Positions 30,114 to 38,800 of a DNA stretch of 64,000 nucleotides are shown here, one piece after another. The position numbers and the translations under genes were made by a program. Each line of letters starts with the position of its first letter. The stretch's first letter is position 1. Below the pieces are notes generated by a model that did no database searches, had not been told where the DNA came from, and saw only the letters and a list, made by a program, of their open reading frames with translations. Source of the DNA: Candidatus Latescibacterota bacterium (GTDB lineage Bacteria > Latescibacterota > UBA2968 > GCA-2709665); NCBI GenBank assembly GCA_965205485.1, contig OZ242180.1, forward strand, positions 1,600,001 through 1,664,000, in the 5' to 3' direction.

Positions 30114-31400
30114 TCACGCAACCGGCTCCAGGATTTCCTGACCGCCCATATACGGGCGGAGCACTTCAGGAATCACCGCCGTGCCGTCTGGTCGCTGGGT
30201 CTGCTCCACAATGGCCGGAATCAGACGGCTGGTCGCCAGGCCCGACGCGTTGAGCGTGTGTACGAATTCATTGCGGCCGGTCTCGGCGCGTTTGAACCGG
30301 ATGCGGCCGCGCCGGGCCTGGTAGTCGTGCGCGCTGGATGCCGAGCTGACTTCCTTGTATTCCGCCATGCTCGGTATCCAGATCTCGATGTCGTATGTCT
30401 TTGCCATGGCAGCGCTGGCGTCCTGGGCCGCGAGTTTGGAAACCCGGTGGTGCAGTTCCAGGCCCTGAACCAGGCCTTCGGCCTTTGCGATCAGTTCCTC
30501 CAGGGCCCGATCGGAGTCTTCGGGACGCGTGAACTGGAAGATCTCGACCTTGTTGAACTGGTGTCCCCGGATCATGCCGCGTTCCTGGGCGCGATAACTG
30601 CCGGCCTCCCGGCGGTAGCAGGGGGTATACGAAAAGTACTTTCGCGGCAGATCGGTCTCGGGAAGGATTTCGTCCCGATGAAAATTGATCAATGCCGTCT
30701 CCGACGTGGGCAGCAGAAACCGGGACTCCTTCTCGCTCTCCCACTTGAGATGAAACACGTCGTCAGCGAATTTTGGAAACTGGCCTGCCGTGTAGCCGCA
30801 CTCATAGGTGAGCAGGTGCGGCGGGAGTACGAATTCGTATCCGTCGGCGAGGTGCGCCTCGACAAAGTAGTTCAGGAGCGCCCATTCCAGGCGGGCGCCC
30901 GCGCCCCGGTAGAGCCAGAAGCCGGCGCCGCCCATCTTCACGCCGCGCTCGTAGTCGATCAGCCCCAGCGAGGTGACAAGGTCGACGTGGTCTTTGGCTC
31001 CTTCGGCTAATTCCGGCCTTCCGCCCCATGCCCGGACGACCTCGTTGGCTTCCTTGCCTCCCGCGGATACGTCGTCCGCGGGGATATTGGGCAGTTCCTC
31101 GACAAAGCCCCGGATATTGCGTTCAATTTCCGAGAGTTGCGTTTCCAGCGTCCTGATGTTGCCCGAAACCGCCTTCATTTCATTCTGGATATCGGCCGTG
31201 TCGTGGCCCGCCTTCTTCATCTGTGGAATCTGCGCGGAGACCTTGTTTCGTCGTTCGCGCAGGCCCCCGATTCTGGCGATGAGGGCCCGGCGTTCCCGGT
31301 CCCACTGGAGCAATTCCGTAAAATCCACCGCATCCATGCGCTTCAGCAGCGCCTGCCTGACGCCGTGGGGATCTTCCCGAATCCGGTTCAGATCCAGCAT
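30114..31400 (-). CDS. serS: Serine--tRNA ligase
   Basis: MLD...IR, LLPTSET, TPCYRREAG, HQFNKVE, YKEVSS, HTLNASGLATSR; GGAGGT RBS. Confidence 0.96.
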   Translation of the reverse strand: MLDLNRIREDPHGVRQALLKRMDAVDFTELLQWDRERRALIARIGGLRERRNKVSAQIPQMKKAGHDTADIQNEMKAVSGNIRTLETQLSEIERNIRGFVEELPNIPADDVSAGGKEANEVVRAWGGRPELAEGAKDHVDLVTSLGLIDYERGVKMGGAGFWLYRGAGARLEWALLNYFVEAHLADGYEFVLPPHLLTYECGYTAGQFPKFADDVFHLKWESEKESRFLLPTSETALINFHRDEILPETDLPRKYFSYTPCYRREAGSYRAQERGMIRGHQFNKVEIFQFTRPEDSDRALEELIAKAEGLVQGLELHHRVSKLAAQDASAAMAKTYDIEIWIPSMAEYKEVSSASSAHDYQARRGRIRFKRAETGRNEFVHTLNASGLATSRLIPAIVEQTQRPDGTAVIPEVLRPYMGGQEILEPVA

Positions 31401-31813
31401 ATGGATACCACCTCCATAGGTTGATTGTGCGGAGTTTGTCGAAGTGGCCTGTCGAGGCAAGCCTGCCGAAGGGTTGTCGAAGGGTGTCGAAATGTCCAGG
31501 CGCCGGCGTTTCCGCTCCGGCGGGTTGGAACTTTCGCCACCCCGAAACGTCCCCTATTCACTTGCCATTGTGGCTTCGCAGATAATGGCGCTGACAACCG
31601 TGAATTAAAATCGCCAGGCCCAGCCGTTAACCCGGTTTAGCTGACGGCTGATAGCTGTTTTCAGGACTCTGGCGAATTTCACCTGAATTTTCACACTGTG
31701 TGGTGAAAATGAACACATTGTACTGCCTTTAGCTGCTTGCCGCGATCAATTTGTGCCGGGAAAACGCCCATAACTGGCTGAATAAACAAAATAGTGGCAT
31801 CCATTTCGTTTTT

Positions 31814-31828
31814 TGGCACGATATTCGC
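31814..31828 (+). promoter_or_regulatory. sigma54 (-24/-12) promoter
   Basis: TGGCAC-GATAT-TCGC fits TGGCAC-N5-TTGC with GG and GC correctly spaced; upstream dyad ATTTTCAC-N8-GTGAAAAT at ~31687-31710. Confidence 0.65.
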
Positions 31829-31892
31829 TGTATCTTAAGGGTGAACACACACCCGTGTCTTTCTCTCACCCCGTTACATACGAGGCCCCAAA

Positions 31893-32063
31893 ATGGCTCT
31901 CAATACAGCACTGAATCCACGCGACCGCCTGGCGTTTCTGGCGCTCTACTATGCGATCAAGGGAAACGAGAAGCGCTCGGAAGAGCTGCGGCGCGTGGTA
32001 CGCCGGCACGATCAGGCCGTGTTGGGCCGCCCGCAGATCGATGGGATGCCCATGGCCTTTTGA
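31893..32063 (+). CDS. Small hypothetical protein, 56 aa (not in ORF track)
   Basis: MALNTALNPRDRLAFLALYYAIKGNEKRSEELRRVVRRHDQAVLGRPQIDGMPMAF; GAGG RBS 31882-31885; between sigma54 promoter and terminator. Confidence 0.6.
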   Translation: MALNTALNPRDRLAFLALYYAIKGNEKRSEELRRVVRRHDQAVLGRPQIDGMPMAF

Positions 32064-32101
32064 GCTGCAGGATTGCGGCTTCATCTGCGCCGGTAATATC
32101 G

Positions 32102-32140
32102 AAAGCGACAGACCATGCGTCACGGTCTGTCGTTTTTTTT
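32102..32140 (+). terminator. Intrinsic terminator
   Basis: CGACAGACC-loop-GGTCTGTCG followed by a run of T. Confidence 0.75.
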
Positions 32141-32179
32141 CTTGCGGGAGCCAGCCTCGTTTTTCCGGCGCGAACGCAG

Positions 32180-33160
32180 TTACGCGAGGACTCTTCGTAT
32201 GTTGTATTTTTCGTTTGGAAGGGTCTGCCGCGTGATCATGTCCGCCAGGAGGCCGGTGCACAGAAACTGAACCCCCAGCACGGACAGAAGAATTCCCAGA
32301 AAGAGAAGCGGATGTCGGTGCTGAATCGTCCCTGTACGGAACCACAGTGCGGCGATATAGCCGTTTATGCCAACCCCGAGCGCGCTCAGGACGATACCGA
32401 TGGTGCCGAACAGGTGCAACGGGCGCCCGATGTACCGCCCGAGGTACATAACGGTAAGCAGGTCGAGGAAGCCCTTGAGCAGACGCGTCCACCCGTATTT
32501 CGTCACGCCGAATCGGCGCGGGCGGTGCTGAACGACGATTTCCTCGACGCGGTAGCCTTCCATGTGGGCAAGAACGGGGATGTATCGATGGAGTTCCCCG
32601 TATATCTTGATGTCTCGCACCACCTCGCCGCGGAACGCCTTGAGGCCGCAGTTGAAATCGTGGATCGGAATGCCCGAAATCCGGCCGGTGACCCAATTGA
32701 AGAACCTGGAAGGGATGGTCTTGCTGAGTGGATCGAAGCGCTTCTTCTTCCATCCTGAAACCAGGTCGGCGCCACCCTCGATTTTTTCGATCAGGCGGGG
32801 GATTTCCGCCGGATCGTCCTGAAGGTCGGCATCCATGGTGATAATCGACCGGCCCGCCGCCATGTCGAATCCTGCGACGTACGCCGCGGCTTTGCCGAAG
32901 TTGCGGCGGAACTGAATGACCTTGACTTCGTCGTGGACGTCGTGGAGTTCCTCCAGAATCCCGATGGAGCCGTCGGTACTTCCGTCGTCAATGAATATCG
33001 TCTCGAAACGGCGCCCGGTTGCCGCCATGGTCTCCCGGACCTGATCCATCAGCGGCCGGAGGCTCTCCTCCTCGTTCAGAAGCGGTATGACGATAGAGAC
33101 GTCAACGGCGCCCGCGGCCGGGGACGTGGATTCAGACGGCGGTTCGATGTGCGTCTCCAT
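32180..33160 (-). CDS. GT2 glycosyltransferase (ArnC/DPM1-like)
   Basis: SIVIPLLNEE, DDGSTD, RNFGK, MDADLQDDP, HDFNCGLK, two C-terminal TM helices. Confidence 0.92.
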   Translation of the reverse strand: METHIEPPSESTSPAAGAVDVSIVIPLLNEEESLRPLMDQVRETMAATGRRFETIFIDDGSTDGSIGILEELHDVHDEVKVIQFRRNFGKAAAYVAGFDMAAGRSIITMDADLQDDPAEIPRLIEKIEGGADLVSGWKKKRFDPLSKTIPSRFFNWVTGRISGIPIHDFNCGLKAFRGEVVRDIKIYGELHRYIPVLAHMEGYRVEEIVVQHRPRRFGVTKYGWTRLLKGFLDLLTVMYLGRYIGRPLHLFGTIGIVLSALGVGINGYIAALWFRTGTIQHRHPLLFLGILLSVLGVQFLCTGLLADMITRQTLPNEKYNIRRVLA

Positions 33161-33385
33161 ATTCTCTGGTGTTCTGTCCCGCAATTGGATTGCCGAAATT
33201 CAGCTATCCCTTCTCATCTTTCACGTCTCGACGCCTTCCAAGATAGCAAAGCGGGACCCGGTTTTCAAGTCCCGTGTCGCGACACTGCGGGTTGGCAGTC
33301 ATTAAATCGACCGATCCGGGCTGCGACCGGACTGCCGAGCGACTCTATCAGCGGAATGTAAGGGGGAGGCGGGATTCCCTGAATC

Positions 33386-35794
33386 TCACATCTGTTTCAG
33401 GTCGACGAAGAAGCGTTTATTGTCCCTGTTGCCGGTCTCGTCCACGACGTTCAGCGTGTGCCATCCCCTCGAGAGTTCCACGGCCTTGACGTGCCGGCCA
33501 CGACTGCTGCCCAGGTAACGGTCGTCCAGATACCAATACAGGACGCGGTCTTTCTCTCTGTGAGCAACCCGCATCGCGATTTTCTGCCAGGCCCCCCCGA
33601 AGTCTCTCGGCAACCAGAGCCTGGCGTTCTGTTGCGGATAGACGATCTTCAGCGGATCGGACCCGGCGCCCGCAGGGCAATCCCGCTTGTGCGGCGGAAC
33701 CATGCCGGGAACCTGCCCCCGTTCGCGCAGATGCTGCGCGACGTCTGCCGGAAACACAAGCCGGCGTTCAGGACGGCGGTCCCCGGGTTCCCAGCAGAGC
33801 GAACACACGCGATGGCCACCTTCCAATGTCACCTGAAAGGTCCGGTGATATGGACAGATCCGGAGGGGCTTCATATGCAGCGGCGCTTCCACGGAACCCC
33901 GGAGTTCGCAATGCGGACCCGCCCGGAATCCGGTATCCGTGCACAGCTGAAGCTGCCGGATGCCGGCAACAGGTACTTCGATCCAGGCGTTTTCGCGATG
34001 CTTCGGCAGGCTGTTGAACAGGTCGAACAGCAGAGGCGCGGCCGAGCTCGCGCCAGTAAGGTCCGCATTCCCGCGACCGCCGAAATTGCCGATCCATACC
34101 GCCACCGTCCACTCGGGGCTGACGCCGATCGCCCAGGCGTCCCGCTTCCCGTAGCTGGTTCCCGTCTTCCACGCGATCGGCCACTGGTTCTGGTACTGAT
34201 GCCAGTAATATTCCACGCCGGGCCGCTTGAGGTCTCGAAGCATGTCGAGCGTCAGATAACAGGCGCCCGGACTGATCAGCGCGGGACCCTCCGAGTCGGG
34301 CGTCCCGGCAAGGACCGTGAGTGGACTGAAACGGCCATCGTTGGCCAGCGCGCGGTAGCATTGCGCCATGTCCCACAGGCTGACTTCCACGCCGCCCAGA
34401 ATCATCGGCAGGCCGTAATCGCCTGGGGACCGGATAAGCGTTTTGAGGCCGGCGGATTTCAGAAAGCGGTAGAACGGATCCAACCCGTACGCATCCAGCA
34501 AGCGGACCGCGGGCACGTTCAGGGAACGGACCAGCGCCTCCTTTGCCGTCACCAGACCTTCGAAGCTCCCATCGGCGTTTCCCGGGGAAAAAGCGCCGTA
34601 GTGGGTGGGCAAATCCCGTAGCAACGTCCGGGGCAGCAAGAGGCCATGGTCGATGCCCAGGGCGAACAGAAACGGTTTGAGCAGAGATCCGGAAGACCTT
34701 GCGGCCGCAACGCCATCCACCTGACCCTGGTTCCGGTCGTCGAAGAATCCCTGAGATCCGACGTACGCGCGTACCTTTCCTGATCGGGTGTCAGCCACGA
34801 GGGCCGCTCCGTTACGGACGCCCCGCTGCCCCATGAACGCGGCGTGTCGACTGACGAGCTCCGCGCATTGTCTTTGAATATCCCGATGAAGGGTGGTTTT
34901 TATGTAGGTATTCCCGTACCGCGACTCCAGTCGCCGCGCCAGATGTGGCGCGTCCATCGGCAACGGCCTGGCGCCGTCCGGGACTTCCTCCAGCCTCGCC
35001 AGGTCGAAGGTCTCGGCGTCGATCACCCCTTCGTTGTTCAGCCGGTTCAGAAGCCGATCGCGCCTGAGCCGCAGTTTTCCCGGATCGGCCAGTGGCGATA
35101 TGAGGCCTGGCGCGTTCGGAAGGACCGCCAGCGTGGCCGCCTCCGCCCAGGTCAGCCGCTCCGGCGACTTGCCGAAATACCGCTGTGCCGCCGCGCGGTA
35201 GCCGACAACATTGCCGCCATAGGGCGCGTGGTCCAGATAGAGGTTCAGGATCTCTTTCTTGTTATAATGCAGTTCGATCTTCAATGCCTGGAGCAACTCC
35301 AGGGCTTTGTTTAAATAGGTCCTTCTCTTGGGCGACGTCATCCGGGCAACCTGCATCGTCAGCGTACTCGCACCGCTCACGACCGCCCCCGAACGGAAAT
35401 TCTGATAGACGGCCCGGAGCAGCGCCAACGGATCCACCCCGGGATGCCTGTAAAACCGGCGGTCCTCGAAAAACAGCACCGCCTGCTCCAGAGTACGAGG
35501 AACTTCGGCGTTCGCCCGGTGGGGGAAACACCACTGCTCGTTGCCATTCAGGAACATCCGAAGGATCCGCCCCCGCTCGTCAAGTACAACGGTGCTGTAG
35601 TCAGGCTCAAAAAGCGGATCCGGCAGTGGCACCGATACGTAGAGCACCGCAGGGAAGAGAAGCAGAGCGAGAAAGATCCCCAGCCTTGCGCGTCCGCACC
35701 TTGCAAGAAGGGTCCCACGACGCACTTTCCCCCCAGCCGAAATCCGCCACGTCCGAAACATATTTGTAGCGCCTGCAATCGACCGACGTTTCAT
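33386..35794 (-). CDS. pbpC: Penicillin-binding protein 1C
   Basis: EDRRFYRHPGVD, GASTLTMQ, SGSLLKPF, SLN, KTGTSYG.RDAWA; adjacent to alpha-2-macroglobulin. Confidence 0.93.
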   Translation of the reverse strand: MKRRSIAGATNMFRTWRISAGGKVRRGTLLARCGRARLGIFLALLLFPAVLYVSVPLPDPLFEPDYSTVVLDERGRILRMFLNGNEQWCFPHRANAEVPRTLEQAVLFFEDRRFYRHPGVDPLALLRAVYQNFRSGAVVSGASTLTMQVARMTSPKRRTYLNKALELLQALKIELHYNKKEILNLYLDHAPYGGNVVGYRAAAQRYFGKSPERLTWAEAATLAVLPNAPGLISPLADPGKLRLRRDRLLNRLNNEGVIDAETFDLARLEEVPDGARPLPMDAPHLARRLESRYGNTYIKTTLHRDIQRQCAELVSRHAAFMGQRGVRNGAALVADTRSGKVRAYVGSQGFFDDRNQGQVDGVAAARSSGSLLKPFLFALGIDHGLLLPRTLLRDLPTHYGAFSPGNADGSFEGLVTAKEALVRSLNVPAVRLLDAYGLDPFYRFLKSAGLKTLIRSPGDYGLPMILGGVEVSLWDMAQCYRALANDGRFSPLTVLAGTPDSEGPALISPGACYLTLDMLRDLKRPGVEYYWHQYQNQWPIAWKTGTSYGKRDAWAIGVSPEWTVAVWIGNFGGRGNADLTGASSAAPLLFDLFNSLPKHRENAWIEVPVAGIRQLQLCTDTGFRAGPHCELRGSVEAPLHMKPLRICPYHRTFQVTLEGGHRVCSLCWEPGDRRPERRLVFPADVAQHLRERGQVPGMVPPHKRDCPAGAGSDPLKIVYPQQNARLWLPRDFGGAWQKIAMRVAHREKDRVLYWYLDDRYLGSSRGRHVKAVELSRGWHTLNVVDETGNRDNKRFFVDLKQM

Positions 35795-35876
35795 TTATCG
35801 CCTCGTCCTTGCCGCCTCAGGGTGGCATTCCGATCCGCCGGGCGCCCAAATTGTCGTGCTGGCAACCGTGTAGCAT

Positions 35877-38800
35877 CTATCTCTGTTTAACCACAACCCG
35901 TTTTCCGGCCGCGGTCGCCCGGTAGGATCGATCGTACATGGCTTCCGCAACCGATGCAGGCAGCCTGAATGACCCTGCCGTAACGGCATTCAATCGGACG
36001 ACGAAATCCAGATCCCTTCGACCCTCGAAATCGAAAAACCACATCACCCGGTCGTCACGTGCGTCCATGTATTCCTCGCGGTTCAGATTCAGGCGCTTCG
36101 TCCAGTTCGGCGCCGTCCGAGCGGACAGACGCGGGTTGTCGATTTCCCAGCCGGCGGGAAGCACCTGGACCAGCGCCAGCTCTTCGACGTCTCGCGGGAC
36201 GGCCAGATTGCGCACGCGAAAATGACCCCAGAAGTTCTCGCCCTGAGACAGTTCGGCGGGATCGACCGGCAGCCCATCGTCGTTGAGCCAGCGCACCTTC
36301 AGCGCCAGCTTGCTGGAGGTATCTCCCTCGTCGTCGGTAAGCGGGACTCCGTCCCAGTCCAGGGTTGCGAACGCCCTCCTGACGGTCGACGCCGAATCCA
36401 GCGTAACAGCGACTTCCCGGCCAAAGCCCTCTTCGATTTCGACGTGCCAGGCCGGCTGATCCGTCTCAAACGGCATCTCCCGTCCATCCGGAAGGTGGAT
36501 CGTGCCGGCAAGCACGGACGGGCTGTCCTCTCCTCTGTCGAGAGACCGGACGTATTTTCCCAGGGACAGAAGCATGAACCCGGTGGTCTGGGTGCTGTAC
36601 CACTTCTGCGACGCGAGCGCCTGGCCCAGGTCCTTGGCGACCTCGTCCGCTTCCGACCAGCGTTCGAACATGACCAGCGTATTCAGAATGATCGCCAGAT
36701 CCCGCATTCCCGAGCCGTAGGTCCCGCCCGATTCGTTGTACACCTCCACCCGCTTACCGGCCGGGATGAGGATCTGCGCGGCCGTCCGCTCCACTCCGGC
36801 AAGGTGATACGCCGCGGCCAGCAGCCACTTCTGGGTATCGTTCATGTCCTTGATCCCTGTCTCCTTCAGCAGATTCATCGGGCCGATCTGGTATTCGCCG
36901 GCGAGCGCCAGGAGATAGACGCGATAGACCCGCGCCATCAGTCTGTCTTTGACCGTAAGCGACCGGGATTTTTCGTAACGCAACCAATTCGCCATCAGGT
37001 CCTGCGGCACGTGATACCCCAGTTTGGCCGCCTCAATCAGAAAGTGGCCCGCGTACAGGGAACCCCAGGTTGAGACGGTGTTGGCGCCGGGCCAGTAGGC
37101 GAACCCGCCTGAGCCAAGCTTGAATTTCCTCAACTTTCGGATCGCCGAATTGATGAACCGGTCGATTTGGACCGTTGCGTCTCCGGCATACTTCACGCCC
37201 TCCAGGAAGGTGCTCAGGTACAACAGTGGAAACGCGGTCGAAACCGTTTGCTCGATACAGCCGTATGGAAAGCGTACCAGCCGGAGCAGCCTGTGGGTCA
37301 TTCCAAAGTCGGGGTGGCGGCGCAGAACCACCCGGGCGCGATTGGTACCGGGCAGCCCTCTGTCCGGGACCGTAAAGCGGACACGCTCACCGGGACGGAT
37401 TTCCTGTTCCTGCGCGGCGTAGGTTCTGGGTGACGATGGCCGCACATTCAGATCGGTCGCATGATCAGCGACGATGTCCGGCGCCTCCGCCGCGACGACC
37501 ACCCTGGCCTGCCCCACCGCCGAAGCCGCCTCAAGCGCAAACGAAAGTTCCTGCTCCCCCGAAGTCGAGAAGTCCAATTCCTGCCGCGCCGGGCCGGCCA
37601 CCGAAACCGGGCCCTCAGCGTGTATCGAAACGACGGTGGGTCCGATACTGTCGACCATCGCGAAAACGGTTACGGGAACGGTGATACGGTCCCCCGGACC
37701 AAGCACGCGCGGCAGCGTGGGCATCACCATCAGTTCGGTCTTCACCGGAACCGACGTCTCTGCCTTGCCGTATCGTCCGCCGCTGGCGGAAACGGCCATC
37801 GCCCGCACCGAACCCGTGTAGTCGGGCATTTCGAAATCAACGGTGGCGCGACCCTGCGCGTCGGTTTCGATCGGCCCCTTGAACAGCGATACCGCCTTGA
37901 ATCGCTTCGCGCGTTCAGGCTCCAGCTGGGAAGCCCTGTATGCGAATCCGCCGCCCACCGCGAAGGTCTTGAAGACGTCTCCCTTGTTGGCGCCGATGAC
38001 GTGGGAATACACGTCGTGCGTGACAACCCCCAGCCGACGCTTCCTGTAAAAAGACTGCCACGCGTCCGGCGTGGAGAACCCGGTGAGCGCCAGCAGCCCC
38101 TCGTCCACCACGGCCAGCGTGAACTGCGCCGGCTCTCCATCGACCGTTTCGACCTGAATCTGAAACGGGGACTCGGGCGTCAGTTCGGCGGGCATGCGGA
38201 GGGTGATATCCTGGCGGGTACGGGGATCGCTCACATTGAGGGGAACCACGCCGTACAGCCGAATCGGTCGATCGTTCATCGTCTGAGCGTATGGCTGGAG
38301 GACCGAGACGCCGACGTATGCGGTGGGCGCCATATCCCGTGTGATGGGCACCGGTACCTGAAACTCGTCCGGCCGACCGTCCGGTTCGTACCATCGGGTC
38401 TGCAGAATCCGGTTGTCCTGTTCCACCGAGACCAGAATCGCGCCCTGCCGCGGCGCGGGAAACGTCACCAGCGCTGAATCGCCGGGGGCGTAGGCCTTCC
38501 TGTCGGTCTTGAGCGCGAGCATGCCCGCGGATTTCGGATCGGCCTGCGCTTCGCCCCAGGGATAGGCGCGCATGAAGAATGCGGCGGTATGGCCGGCCGC
38601 ATCCGCCACCTCGATCAGATACTCGCCCCGTTCCCCGGGCGTAAACACAAGCGGCACGGGGGCAGCCTTCGAAAAAAGCGAGCCGCTCTCGATCTGTTCC
38701 GTGTACTGGTCCGTTTTGAACTTGAGGCGAAACTGATCGCGACTCTCGTATTCCCACCACCAGTTCGACGTGCTTCTGTAAATGCGATATTCAAGCGGCA

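Noticed and set aside
31751..32758. 335-aa plus-strand and 295-aa minus-strand ORFs
   Set aside because: Overlap the GT2 gene and cross a terminator; the 56-aa ORF explains the signals better.
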